Positions 1 to 12,337 of a stretch of 64,000 nt of DNA are shown here, piece after piece. Every line of letters starts with the position of its first letter. Positions within the stretch are counted from its first letter, which is position 1. The stretch lies in the NCBI GenBank assembly GCA_025450075.1, contig JANWIC010000003.1, positions 32,800-96,799 on the forward strand, given 5' to 3'. Made by a program: the position numbers and the translations under genes. The DNA is from Patescibacteria group bacterium. GTDB lineage: Bacteria > Patescibacteriota > Dojkabacteria > JAKAPS01. The notes under the pieces are model-generated. The model was given only the letters and a program-made list of their open reading frames with translations. It ran no database searches and was not told where the DNA came from.

Positions 1-2
1 AA

Positions 3-1430
3 GAAAGTATTACAAGAGGTAATATTACAAAAGATAAAATTGAAGAATTAAGGGCGGAATTACAAAATATACTAGATCAAATGGTAGCAGCAAGAAAAAA
101 CGGAAAACCACTAGATTTCGAAGAAGTATCGGGAGAAACCCAAGCGGAAATCGTTGAATTAATTACAAGGATAGCTACACTTGAAGTACTTGTAGATAAA
201 GCAAGAGAACCTTTAATAGCTGTACTAGAGAATAAAGCACAGGTAACATCTGAGGCGAGTAATGGTGAACCGGCTACTGCCGCTCCCGGCAGTGAAAATC
301 CCACGCTAGAGGATAATGATGAAGATAATGGTCCACCTGCATCTCAATACCCCGCATTATCTGACGCAGAATTAGCCGTACTAATTGCTCAATGGAGAGC
401 AGGGGATTTTGATAAAGATAAGGGTGATTCCCCAACTCCACCACAACCTATAGCGGTTATAGTAGATGGAGATTCAAAACATGTTCCTGAATCTGGACAT
501 GCAGGTTATCCTCCGGTTGGAGCTGGTACATTGGCTATATTGGAACCTAATAATCCGGGCCAATATTTTTCTGAAGTAACTCCACCTTCACTTGAAAGAA
601 CCGGCACAACAAAAGCACCTCACCTAGCCGTTTTGGTAGGTTCGGCTGGTATATTAGTCTCAATTCTATTGGGTTTGGTAAGGGGTGATGATATGAAACA
701 TGTTGCTGTGAAATCAACAAAACCAACAACCCCAACAGGACAGGTTGTGAACCCTCCAGTTATTCCAGTAACTCCGACCACACCTCCAACTGTTGATGTA
801 ACGAAACAGCAATGGTTTATAAATGCTGAGGCAAAAGGAACAGGGGGAGATACATTATTGGCTGTATGGAATGCATCACATGGAAATAATCAATATTCCA
901 ATGTAAGTGAATTATATGCGCAACAACCAGTATGGGTAATTCAAGTCCTGTCAAATCCAGCCTATGTTAGGGATGTAGTAAATCAGTCTGTACAAAGGGC
1001 AAACAATGAATTAGCCCATCCTGCTGCGGGAGATTCAAGCCAAGAGGTACTACGTCAAGTATATAATGCAGTAAGTGCTTTACAAGATCAGAAATATGGA
1101 GTATGGGATGGGAAAACATTCACATTTACTCCGAAATTTTATACTGCTTTACAAACAAATCCTTCTTCAGTATTACCCGATCTATATGATATTATTGCGC
1201 TAGGTAATCTAATTCCTTCACAAGCCCAAAACCCAGCTTTACATAATAATATGGTAAGTGATATGCTTGCTGCGCAACTCAGACAGGTTGTTAGAGATGC
1301 TACGAGTCAATTAAGTGTATTAGCTAAAACTCTTGAATCTAGGTCAACAAATGCATATCCACCTAGAGCAGCAAATAGACATATTAGAAACTTGCGTAAT
1401 GCGCAAGGATTGGTGTCGGCAAGAAGATAA
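3..1430 (+). CDS. Hypothetical membrane-anchored protein, 5-prime partial. The frame is open from the window start. It has an N-terminal coiled region, an acidic low-complexity stretch, one TM helix, a Pro/Thr-rich linker and a C-terminal globular domain.
   Basis: The ORF is in frame from nt 3 with no upstream stop inside the window. The hydrophobic segment HLAVLVGSAGILVSILLGLV is followed by a PTTPTG/PPVIPVTPTTPP linker. No recognised catalytic motif. Confidence 0.5.
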   Translation, partial: ESITRGNITKDKIEELRAELQNILDQMVAARKNGKPLDFEEVSGETQAEIVELITRIATLEVLVDKAREPLIAVLENKAQVTSEASNGEPATAAPGSENPTLEDNDEDNGPPASQYPALSDAELAVLIAQWRAGDFDKDKGDSPTPPQPIAVIVDGDSKHVPESGHAGYPPVGAGTLAILEPNNPGQYFSEVTPPSLERTGTTKAPHLAVLVGSAGILVSILLGLVRGDDMKHVAVKSTKPTTPTGQVVNPPVIPVTPTTPPTVDVTKQQWFINAEAKGTGGDTLLAVWNASHGNNQYSNVSELYAQQPVWVIQVLSNPAYVRDVVNQSVQRANNELAHPAAGDSSQEVLRQVYNAVSALQDQKYGVWDGKTFTFTPKFYTALQTNPSSVLPDLYDIIALGNLIPSQAQNPALHNNMVSDMLAAQLRQVVRDATSQLSVLAKTLESRSTNAYPPRAANRHIRNLRNAQGLVSARR

Positions 1431-1474
1431 AATTTATTGGTTAGGTAGGCTGGAAATGAAGTAAATAATGCTTC

Positions 1475-1503
1475 TTGACAATCTTTCTACCACGTGGTAT
1501 AAG
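1475..1503 (+). promoter_or_regulatory. Candidate sigma70-type rRNA operon promoter (TTGACA-N17-TATAAG)
   Basis: TTGACA at 1475-1480 and TATAAG at 1498-1503 with a 17-nt spacer, about 135 nt upstream of the 16S 5-prime end. A second TTGACA at 1545-1550 lacks a well spaced -10. Confidence 0.45.
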
Positions 1504-1635
1504 TAATTCGCAATCAAAAATTGTTTTGTTATTCTTTTTGTACTTTGACAACTGAATAATGGTAGAATAAGTGCGATAAAGTCAATTTCTTTTTTATACA
1601 GTAACCAGCGTTAATTTATTAACGCTTTCTAATTT

Positions 1636-3133
<1,498 letters not shown>

Positions 3134-3274
3134 CTAAGGAGTGTTTAATCCATTTATCACTTTTGTGATAATAAAAAAACATCCGAAATTGTCCGCACAT
3201 TCTACCATTATTTAGTTGCCAAAGTAGCACTTTTAAAGTACAATTAAACTGGCTTGTAGCCTAGTTTTTGCTTC

Positions 3275-3351
3275 GGGCAACTAGCTCAGTTGGTTAGAGC
3301 GCAGTCCTGATAAGACTGAGGTCCATGGTTCGATTCCATGGTTGCCCACCA
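3275..3351 (+). tRNA. tRNA-Ile (anticodon GAT), with encoded CCA
   Basis: Cloverleaf GGGCAAC...GTTGCCC acceptor stem. Anticodon loop CTGATAA. TTCGATTCC T-loop. Sits in the 16S-23S spacer. Confidence 0.85.
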
Positions 3352-3358
3352 TTTTAGC

Positions 3359-3431
3359 GGGGATGTAGCTCAGTTGGTAGAGCATCGCATTTGCAATGCG
3401 GTGGTCAGGAGTTCGAATCTCCTCATCTCCA
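3359..3431 (+). tRNA. tRNA-Ala (anticodon TGC)
   Basis: GGGGATG acceptor stem with the G3:U70 Ala identity pair. Anticodon loop TTTGCAA. TTCGAATCC T-loop. Confidence 0.85.
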
Positions 3432-4171
3432 TATAGCAAGCATATATGAAGTGTATGCTTACTATATATGTCAAATCATTTTTGGCATATATGAGAGTTT
3501 AGCTCATTGAAAACTGAATAGAATGAAAAAACGACACACAGATATTTATTTGTTTAATTATTTGTGGGTATAAAAATTTCAATTTCGAATCAATGATCAC
3601 TTTAGTAAAATAATTAAAGAGCATATGGTGGATGCCTTGGTGTAAGAAGCCTATGAAGGACGTCCATACCTACGATAAGCCTTGAGGAGCTGGTAAAGAA
3701 GCGTTATTACTCAGGGGTCTCCGAATGAGGAAACTCATCCCTTTATGGGATATTCATTCTCCGAATAAAATAGGGAATGAAAGGGTACCTGGTGAACTGA
3801 AACATCTTAGTAACCAGAGGAAAAGAAAGAATATTCGATTCTCTTAGTAGCGGCGAGCGAAAAGGGAAGAGCCTAAACCTTATTATTGTTACGATATTTT
3901 CGATTCTGTTTACAGAAGAGACTATATCAGCGTTTTACAGACGTATCTAATAAGGGGTTGCAAGATATAGCGTGTTATGACTGTATAGCATAACAGGAAG
4001 TAAAAAAATTTGATTTTAGGAGAAGAATGCTGGAAAGCAACACCAAAGAGTGTGACAGTCACGTATCTAAAAATTTCAAATCTTCTTAACTATATTCTTA
4101 AGTACTACGGGACACGTGAAACCCTGTAGGAATCTACCTCGACCACGAGGTAAGGCTAAATACTTCTTACA

Positions 4172-4216
<45 letters not shown>

Positions 4217-5654
4217 GGGAGGGGAGTTAAAAGTACCTGAAACCATATGCTTACAAACAGTTGGAGGGTGAAGTTATCCAGTTTACTGGATACGCCTGAC
4301 AACGTGCCTATTGAAGAATGAGCCGGCGAGTTGTGTTCCAGTAGCGTTAGGTTAAGCTTTTAAATAAGTTGAGCCAAAGCGAAAGCGAGTCTTAAAAGGG
4401 CGATTTAGTTGCTGGAACTAGACCCGAAACCGTGTGATCTATCCATGGACAGAGTGAAGTCTTGAGAAATCAAGATGGAGGCTCGAACCAGTTAACGCTG
4501 AAAAGTTATTGGATGATCTGTGGATAGCGGTAATATGCCAATCGAACACGGAAATAGCTGGTTCTCCCCGAAATAGCTTTAGGGCTAGCCTTGAAATTTA
4601 AATTGCAGAGGTAGAGCTCTGATTGGATCGTTGGGGGTCTTTATGACCTACCACATCCTGTCAAACTACGAATGCTGTGATGTACATTTCAGGAGTTAGA
4701 CTATGAGGTCGAAGCTTCATCAGTCAAAAGGGAAACAGCCCTCATCGCCAATTAAGGTCCCTAAATTTAGTCTCAGTGGAAAAGGATGTGAAAGTCCTTA
4801 GACATCCAGTATGTTGGCTCAGAAGCAGCCATCATTTAAAGAGTGCGTAATAGCTCACTGGCAAAGGAAATTTGCACCGACAACGTAACGGGGCTTAAGA
4901 CTAATACCGAAATTGCGGGATTGTAGAAATTTATTTCTATGATCGGTAGGGGAGTGTTCTATATTCCACGAAGGTAGACCGTAAGGACTGCTGGAGAGTA
5001 TAGAAGTAAGAATGCCGGCATGAGTAGCGAAAGATATGTAAAAAACATATCCACCGCATGCCTAAGGGTTCCTCGGCTATGTTAATCATCCGAGGGTTAG
5101 TCGGTCCTAAGCTGAGAGCGAAAGCTGTAAGCGATGGACAACAGGTTTATATTCCTGTACTAGTATTTGTTCGTTATCAACAATGGGGTGACCGGGAAGG
5201 AGAACGTAAAGAGCTTTATGGTTAAGCTTCTAAGCAGCAAGGTAGGATTAGCAGGCAAATCCACTAATCCGTTACGTCGAGCTGTTATGGGGAGTCTGGT
5301 AGCAATACCGGGCGACTTTACTATTCATCCTGCAAGAAAAACCTCTAGCGAGAACAAATCTAACCGTACCGTAAACCGACACAGGTGGGCGAGTAGAGTA
5401 TACTAAGGTGATCGGGATATCTTCTCTTAAGGAATTCGGCAAACTGCTGTCGTAACTTAGGGATAAGGCAGCCCATGGGTTTTAATTCATGGGGACACAA
5501 ACCAGGCTCGAGCGACTGTTTAACAAAAACACAGGTACCTGCTAACTCGAAAGAGGATGTATAGGTGCTGACACCTGCCCAATGCCAGCATATTAAAGAA
5601 GTGGGTCATTCCGAGTTTACTCGGATGAAGCTTGCAACTGAAGTACTGGTCAAT

Positions 5655-5695
<41 letters not shown>

Positions 5696-6252
5696 CGTCG
5701 CTTGATAGGCGACCCGCACGAAAGGTGTAACGACTTGAGCGCTGTCTTGAGAGGAGGCCCGGCGAACATTGAAATGGCTGTGAAGATGCGGCCTACCCAC
5801 ACCCGGACAAACAGACCCTGTGGAGCTTTACTAAAACTTGGCATTGGATTAGGTTCATTGATGTAGAGTATAGGTGGGAGACTTTGAAGCAGTTCCGTCA
5901 GGAATTGTGGAGTCAACAGTGTAATACCACCCTTTAATGTTTCTGATTCTAATTTGAGCCGTAATCCGGTTCAAAGACAGTGTCTGGTGGTTAGTTTGAC
6001 TGGGGCGGTTACTTTCTAAAGTGTAACGAAAGTACTCAAAGGTTCCCTCAGTTCCAATGGAAACGGAACAAAGAGTGTATTGGCATAAGGGAGCTTTACT
6101 GTTACACCTACAAGTGGAGCAGTTGCGAAAGCAGGACAAAATGGCCCTTAGGTGGCATGTGGATGCGCCTAAGATTAATGGATATAAGCTACCCCGGGGA
6201 TAACAGGCTAGTCTTGCCCAAGCGTTCATAGCGACGGCAGGGTTCGGCACCT

Positions 6253-7086
6253 ACAACTAACACAACGGGGCGCGGTAGAAGTAATTCTATTAGCACTGTT
6301 ATAAAAATTTAATTATCAGCTCATAACGGTGGAGTCCTAATTAGGTATATAATATACCTGATGGATAATACCGTGGGAAGTCTAACAAATGAACAAAAGT
6401 CAATTCTCATAGGAACTCTTTTAGGAGATGGTTTTATGAGAAAAAAGAAGAACGCTTATTTAGAAATAAACCATTGTTATAAACAAAAGGCATTGGTTGA
6501 TTGGATCTTTAATAACTTTAAGTCGTACGTTAATACTCCTCCAAAAATAAGAAGAAATAATGGAGCAAGAGAAGCTTATAGATTTTCTACAAGAAGTCTT
6601 CCAGTTTTTACTACTTAATTATGACTTATTTTATAAAAATGGAGTGAAGCATATTCCAAACGATTTAATTATTGATCCACTTGCATTAGCTGTATGGTTT
6701 ATGGATGACGGAAATAAATCTAGATCATCAATATATCTAAATACACAACAGTTTATTCTAAATGATCAAATTCAATTAATGAACATTTTAAGAAAAGAGC
6801 TTGGAATCGAATCAACTCTAAATAAAGATAAAACTTATTATAGAATTAGAATAAGAACAAGCAGTACTCCAAAATTTGTTTCACTAATTGATCAATTTAT
6901 ATTGAAAGATTTTCGATATAAATTACCACTTTGTTATGACCCCGTATCGACTTAGAACATAATGTTCTGGAGTTCTCTTTAATATAGAGAGCTAAAACGC
7001 TGACTCCTACTCTTTAATATGACGAATTAAAGACAAGAGGATGAAGGTATAGTCAGTTCTTGTAAGTAATTACGAGGTATTTTACG
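6253..7086 (+). mobile_element. Putative group I intron in 23S rRNA, inserted after the U equivalent to E. coli U2500, carrying a LAGLIDADG homing endonuclease ORF
   Basis: 834 nt of non-rRNA sequence separate ...GGCACCU from CGAUGUCGG, which are adjacent in intronless 23S. The upstream exon ends in U and the insert ends in G, which is the group I splice-site convention. The insert encodes a protein with two LAGLIDADG motifs. Confidence 0.7.
6361..6955 (+). pseudogene. Double-motif LAGLIDADG homing endonuclease gene, split by a +1 frameshift near 6560-6618 (ORFs 6361-6618 and 6560-6955)
   Basis: Motif 1 LIGTLLGDGFM lies in the first ORF and motif 2 AVWFMDDGNKS in the second. The two ORFs overlap in different frames, so the gene is either a decaying endonuclease or contains a sequencing error. 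Confidence 0.7.
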
Positions 7087-7122
7087 CGATGTCGGCTCGT
7101 CACGTCCTGGGGCTGGAGAAGG

Positions 7123-7153
<31 letters not shown>

Positions 7154-7578
7154 TGGCACGTGAGCTGGGTTCAAACCGGCGTGAGCCAGGTTGGTCTCTA
7201 TCCGGTGTGGGCGTTGGATTTTTGAAGGGAGTTCGTTCTCAGTACGAGAGGACCGGAATGAGGAAACCTCTGGTGCATCAGTTGTTCTACCAAGGGCATC
7301 GCTGAGTAGCCAAGTTTCTATTTGGATAAGTGCTGAAAGCATATAAGCACGAAGCCAATCCCAAGATGAGAAATCCTTCTTAAGACCCCTTGTAGACTAC
7401 AAGGTATTTGAGTTCTAACGCAATTATGGAGCAATCTATATGCGTGTTAGTCCTCTTTATAGGCTCTAGGTGTAAGTACAGCAATGTATTCAGCCGAGGA
7501 GTACTAATCGGTCGATAATTTTACTAAAGTCGATCATTTCGAAATTAGATCATTCTATTCAGTTTCAAGGAGCTAAAT

Positions 7579-7695
7579 TCCTGGTGATGTTAGCGGAGTG
7601 GAACTACCTTAAACCATCCCGAACTAAGCAGTAAAACGCTCCATCGCCGAAAATACTTTCCCCATGGGGGATGGGAAGATAGGTAATTGCCAGGA
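7579..7695 (+). rRNA. rrf: 5S ribosomal RNA
   Basis: CCTGGTGATG...CCGAACT...GGGAAGATAGGTAATTGCCAGGA. The helix I ends pair and the conserved CCGAAC loop C is present. It lies about 50 nt after the 23S 3-prime end. Confidence 0.85.
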
Positions 7696-7798
7696 TTTAG
7701 TTCTTTTAATTTGCTTCATAATCCCATATAATGGAGTTGTGTAGTGAATTAAAAGACGTTTAAAACGCCCAAAAATCTATAGAAAGGAATTTTTTAAC

Positions 7799-9013
7799 AT
7801 GGCGTCAAAGAAAAATAGCACAGAAGAAACTACATCAAGTCTTCTTTCTGAATACCTCGCTAGCTACATGCCTGCTAAACTCAAAAAAGGTGATATCGTT
7901 GAAGGAAAAGTTGTACAATCCAAAAAAGGTATGCTTTTGGTTGATGTTGGCGGTAAAGCAGAAGGAGTTATTTCTGGAAGAGAATTGCATGCAGAAAGCA
8001 CTGATATTTCAAAACTTCAAGCAGGCGATCCAATCTTTGTTTATGTCCTTACTCCAGAAGATGATAAGGGACAAATTCAGCTATCTTTACGAAGAGCTGA
8101 TATTTTAAAGAACTGGATTGAACTAGAAGAATTGAAGAGGAATAACGGTACAATTGAGGTTACTGTTCTTGATGCAAATAGCGGAGGATTATTGGTAAAA
8201 ACCAAAGGAGGACTTCCTGGTTTTATCCCATCATCTCAGCTCGATTCTGCACGATTGTATAAATCGACAAGCGAATCACGACAAGAAGCAATTTCAAAAA
8301 TGCCTGTAAAACTCAGCGAATTTATCGGTCAAAAAATTGCTACAAAAATCATTGAGATAGACAAAGATAAGAATAGAATTATTCTTTCAGAAAAGCTTTT
8401 GACATCAGGTGAGGATTTCTCAAAACGTGAGGAAACTCTTCGAAATGCAAAAGTTGGAGATGTCTTTGATGGAACAGTTACAGGTGTAACACCATTCGGT
8501 CTTTTTGTTAATGCAGAAGGACTTGAAGGATTAGTACATCTTTCTGAAATCTCTTGGGATAAAGTTTCTGATCCAGCTGATTTCCACGGAGTTGGTGATA
8601 AAGTAAAGATTCAGCTTATCGGTATTTCAGATAACGGAAAAAGAGTAGCATATTCTATCAAACGACTTATCAATGATCCTTGGGCAAATTCCATTAGCCA
8701 GTACAAACAGGGACAAATAGTTAAGGGAACGGTTCAAAAGATCGTAGACTATGGTGTCTTTGTAAAGATTACTGAAGGATTAAATGGATTGATCCATATT
8801 TCTGAGCTTTCCGAAGATATGGTCGATGACCCTTCTAAAGTTGTTAAAATCGGGGATGAATTAGATCTTAAAATCATTTCAATCTCACCAACAGACCGAC
8901 ATCTTGGCTTATCTCTAAAAAGAGTAAAGCATGATGATGGCTCACAACCTGTTGAAGAAGTACGATTAGGAAAGAATCGTGAGCAGCTACTTGATCCTGA
9001 ATCAAGGGCATAA
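7799..9013 (+). CDS. rpsA: 30S ribosomal protein S1, short four-S1-domain form
   Basis: Repeated S1 OB-fold signatures (GDIVEGKV..., VGDVFDGTV..., GQIVKGTV...). 404 aa. Confidence 0.85.
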   Translation: MASKKNSTEETTSSLLSEYLASYMPAKLKKGDIVEGKVVQSKKGMLLVDVGGKAEGVISGRELHAESTDISKLQAGDPIFVYVLTPEDDKGQIQLSLRRADILKNWIELEELKRNNGTIEVTVLDANSGGLLVKTKGGLPGFIPSSQLDSARLYKSTSESRQEAISKMPVKLSEFIGQKIATKIIEIDKDKNRIILSEKLLTSGEDFSKREETLRNAKVGDVFDGTVTGVTPFGLFVNAEGLEGLVHLSEISWDKVSDPADFHGVGDKVKIQLIGISDNGKRVAYSIKRLINDPWANSISQYKQGQIVKGTVQKIVDYGVFVKITEGLNGLIHISELSEDMVDDPSKVVKIGDELDLKIISISPTDRHLGLSLKRVKHDDGSQPVEEVRLGKNREQLLDPESRA

Positions 9014-9029
9014 TATGATTATGAAAAAA

Positions 9030-9064
9030 CAAAAGAGGGGTTTTAAACCCCTCTTTTTTGTTTT
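9030..9064 (+). terminator. Rho-independent terminator after rpsA
   Basis: AAAAGAGGGG-TTTTAAA-CCCCTCTTTT hairpin followed by TTTTTGTTTTG. Confidence 0.75.
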
Positions 9065-9110
9065 GTATTACTCGGCATAACATGCAGGTTGGTACAATAG
9101 ACTATATGCA

Positions 9111-9674
9111 ATGTTTGTGGAAATAGTATATAATTGCCCAAAGCTAATTAAGATTCAAGATATGTCAATTAATGGATTAACAGGTACGGAAACTGGTGTA
9201 GGGAATCCTGAAGGGAGTGTCTATGATCAAGCGCTTGAAGCATTCCTGGCTACGGGTGATAGTTCACTACTTCAAAAATTATTGGCTCGTCTCGGGATAT
9301 CGCAGCAAAGTGCATATGATGGAGAGTTCAATATGGATGGGCAAAATAGCTCAACAACAACTTTTGAAATTCCCCCAAGGAGATTTCCCTGGAGGAATAA
9401 TGCGGATATTATAAATAAACTTGTTGCCTCATTAGAACGCCTCATAAAAGATGGAAGAGATGCTGGAAGGAATGTTTATCGCATCCCAGATGAAGGACTA
9501 GAGAGTGTAATTATTGATTCGAGAGACATACCGACTACTTTAAATTTTCATCACACTGCACTCCATGTAATTGGGAGATTTAGTGAGGATGGAAAGATTC
9601 TAAATTTGGTAAAAATAACCTTAGAAACAGTCAACCAGACTTCACTTGTCGCGGATCCTAACATAGGTAATTGA
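9111..9674 (+). CDS. Hypothetical protein (the start may be the internal Met at MSINGL)
   Basis: 187-aa ORF with no recognisable motifs. It lies between rpsA and clpC. Confidence 0.4.
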   Translation: MFVEIVYNCPKLIKIQDMSINGLTGTETGVGNPEGSVYDQALEAFLATGDSSLLQKLLARLGISQQSAYDGEFNMDGQNSSTTTFEIPPRRFPWRNNADIINKLVASLERLIKDGRDAGRNVYRIPDEGLESVIIDSRDIPTTLNFHHTALHVIGRFSEDGKILNLVKITLETVNQTSLVADPNIGN

Positions 9675-9789
9675 TTTTTACTTCCCTAAATTGCAAAAAA
9701 TGTTTCATATGATTGATGAGGTGATTCGTATCTTCCTGTAATCTATTCACTTTTCAATCTTTCCTTCATATAGTATAATAGAAATAAAG

Positions 9790-9816
9790 TTAGCACTGGT
9801 AACTTTCAAGTGTTAG
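9790..9816 (+). promoter_or_regulatory. CIRCE-like imperfect inverted repeat (TTAGCACTg-N9-aAGTGtTAg) upstream of clpC. A TGgTATAAT extended -10 follows at about 9832-9842.
   Basis: The left half matches the HrcA operator consensus TTAGCACTC at 8 of 9 positions and the right half matches GAGTGCTAA at 6 of 9. The 9-nt spacing is exact. It lies 60 nt upstream of the clpC start. Confidence 0.3.
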
Positions 9817-9875
9817 AATTATTTTCCATTTAATGGTATAATATCCTACCAACGTATTTTAAATATACATTTGTT

Positions 9876-12332
9876 ATGAGTGGAATCTCAAAATTAACGA
9901 ACAATGCAAAGAAAGCTTTAAAAGGATCATATAATGCAGTAAAGAAAAATAATACTTCTACTCTAGAAATATCACATCTTTTTCAGGGGTTACTTGAAGC
10001 AGAAGATGGTATAGCATCTCGAATTCTTCATGCTACTGGTTTTACCCCACTTATTGAGGATAAAATTACTGCATATACACATGAAGATGAGTTTGATGAT
10101 TATTCAACTACAATTCAGATATCTGATGATTACAGAAAAGCCTTAGAAAATGCCTTTAATATCGCCAGATCGCAATATCATGTGTATGTAGGAACAGAGC
10201 ATATCCTTTTAGGAATTTTAAAGATAAAAAAGAATTCATTTGTATCAGAACTTGCAAAAGCGGGGTTGACTTATGAATATGCAGATAAATATATTTCTTC
10301 ATATGCTAATTATCCTGCTGGGTTATTAGCTAAGTTCCCGGTACAGGAAGATAAGGGTAATTCAGTTCTCCCAATGCTTGGAAGAAATTTAACTGAGATG
10401 GTAAAGAATAATCAAATCGACATCATTCTTGGAAGAGAAAAGGAAATTGATAGAATTATCCATATTATTGAACGAAGAAGTAAAAATAATCCAATCTTAA
10501 TAGGGGAGGCGGGAGTAGGTAAAACTGCTATTGTTGAAGGATTTGCACAAAGAATTGTCAAAGGAGAAGTTCCTGAAGACTTAAAAGACGTACAAATTTG
10601 GGCGATAGATACTGCTCGTCTTATGGCAAGCACAGAAATGAGAGGAGATTTAGAAGCAAAAGTAATGGCTTTAATTGAAGAAGTAACAAGCAAAAGTAAT
10701 ATTATTCTTTTCATTGATGAAATTCATGGTATTGTAGGAAATGGTACAGGTAATGATATCAGCGCCATAATAAAGCCATATCTAACAAGACCATCTTTCC
10801 GATGTATTGGTGCAACAACTCTTTCAGAATACCAAAAATATTTTGAACCAGATGCTGCTCTTACAAGAAGATTTCAAACAATTCTTGTCGATGAAATTTC
10901 AGAAGATAGTGCTATAAATATTCTTAAAAATCTTCGAACCGAGCTTGAGAGATACCATAAAATAAAAATAAGCGAGGATGCAATATATAACGCGGTAAAA
11001 TTATCAACAAGATATATTCCTGACAGGTATTTACCTGATAAGGCAATTGATGTTCTTGACGAAGCAGCAGCAAAGCTAAAGCTTGAAAGGCAGGACATTA
11101 CAGAGGAAATGAAAACAGCAAGTTCAGAAATAGCTCTTTTAAGAAAAGAAAAAGAAAGCTTTGTAAATGAAAGTAACTTTGAAAGGGCATTAGATATTCG
11201 CAAACGTGAACAGGAGCTAAAATCATTTCTAGATGAAGCTTTCCATAACCTAAAACGAACAAGAACTTCGACTAGGTATGTAGTAAATGAAGATTCCATT
11301 CGAAGTGTAATCTCAGGCTGGACGGGGGTACCAATACAAACGTTAACGGTTACCGACAAATCTTCTTTGAAAAGCCTTGAAAATGATATCCAAAAGATGG
11401 TTATAGGTCAGGATGATGCTGTATCCCGGGTCACTCATGCAATTAAAAGCGCAAGACTCGGAATTCGAAACGAAAAAAGGCCGCTTGCATCATTTCTATT
11501 CTTAGGTCCAACGGGGGTTGGTAAAACAGAACTTGCAAAACAGGTAGCTATTAAGCTTTTCGGAGACCTTCGTTCACTCGTCCATATAGACATGAGTGAA
11601 TATATGGAAAGTCATACCGTTTCTAAGTTTATTGGCTCACCTCCGGGATATATTGGTTTTCAGGAAGGCGGACAACTTACCGAGAAGGTTCGACGAAGAC
11701 CATATTCCGTTATCCTATTTGATGAAATTGAAAAAGCGCATGTTGAAGTATTAAATATATTACTTCAAATTTTGGAAGAAGGACATTTGACGGATAGTAA
11801 GGGAAGAGTAGTAAATTTCAAAAATACTATTATCATTCTTACATCAAATATTGGTGCTGATCGAATCAAAAATGATAAGCACTTAGGATTTAATGTTTTA
11901 TCAAGAAAAGATGAAGAGGAAAAAAGTTATGATAAAGCGTATGAGGAGATGCGTGATAAGATTATGGAGGATATGAAGTCATACTTGACTCCTGAATTTG
12001 TAAATAGACTGGATGATATTATCATCTTCAGAGGATTGAATCAAGAAAATATTGAAAAAATTACGGAAAAACTTTTGAAGGAATTAAAAGATAGGTTGAA
12101 AGAGAATAGATTGAATTTTAGCTATGATAAAGATACCGTTTCATATATAGCGAGAAAAGGTTTTAATAAAGAATATGGAGCTAGACCAATTAATCGTGCA
12201 ATAGAGGAGCATATTGAATTCCCATTATCCGATAAGTTATTAACAAAAGATATTGGAAAGAAAACATATAACATCCGAGTCCGTATTCTCAAAAGTGGTG
12301 AGGATGAAAAAGTAAGTGTCGATTTTGAATAA
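9876..12332 (+). CDS. clpC: ATP-dependent Clp protease ATP-binding subunit (ClpC-like class III AAA+ with two nucleotide-binding domains)
   Basis: An N-terminal Clp_N repeat is followed by Walker [14 protein letters not shown] in NBD1 and [12 protein letters not shown] in NBD2. The middle domain is short (ClpC-type, not ClpB-length). 818 aa. Confidence 0.85.
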   Translation: MSGISKLTNNAKKALKGSYNAVKKNNTSTLEISHLFQGLLEAEDGIASRILHATGFTPLIEDKITAYTHEDEFDDYSTTIQISDDYRKALENAFNIARSQYHVYVGTEHILLGILKIKKNSFVSELAKAGLTYEYADKYISSYANYPAGLLAKFPVQEDKGNSVLPMLGRNLTEMVKNNQIDIILGREKEIDRIIHIIERRSKNNPILIGEAGVGKTAIVEGFAQRIVKGEVPEDLKDVQIWAIDTARLMASTEMRGDLEAKVMALIEEVTSKSNIILFIDEIHGIVGNGTGNDISAIIKPYLTRPSFRCIGATTLSEYQKYFEPDAALTRRFQTILVDEISEDSAINILKNLRTELERYHKIKISEDAIYNAVKLSTRYIPDRYLPDKAIDVLDEAAAKLKLERQDITEEMKTASSEIALLRKEKESFVNESNFERALDIRKREQELKSFLDEAFHNLKRTRTSTRYVVNEDSIRSVISGWTGVPIQTLTVTDKSSLKSLENDIQKMVIGQDDAVSRVTHAIKSARLGIRNEKRPLASFLFLGPTGVGKTELAKQVAIKLFGDLRSLVHIDMSEYMESHTVSKFIGSPPGYIGFQEGGQLTEKVRRRPYSVILFDEIEKAHVEVLNILLQILEEGHLTDSKGRVVNFKNTIIILTSNIGADRIKNDKHLGFNVLSRKDEEEKSYDKAYEEMRDKIMEDMKSYLTPEFVNRLDDIIIFRGLNQENIEKITEKLLKELKDRLKENRLNFSYDKDTVSYIARKGFNKEYGARPINRAIEEHIEFPLSDKLLTKDIGKKTYNIRVRILKSGEDEKVSVDFE

Positions 12333-12337
12333 TACAA

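Noticed and set aside
540-690. LERTG followed by a hydrophobic helix and a charged segment in the first protein, as a possible sortase (LAxTG-like) sorting signal
   Set aside because: The motif is mid-protein (about residue 170 of more than 449) rather than C-terminal, so it is more simply a single TM anchor. No protein in the window carries a C-terminal LPXTG/LAXTG signal.
1545-1568. Second TTGACA box (1545-1550) as an rRNA P2 promoter
   Set aside because: The nearest -10-like hexamer (TAGAAT at 1563-1568) is only 12 nt away. The spacing is non-functional, so only P1 is reported.
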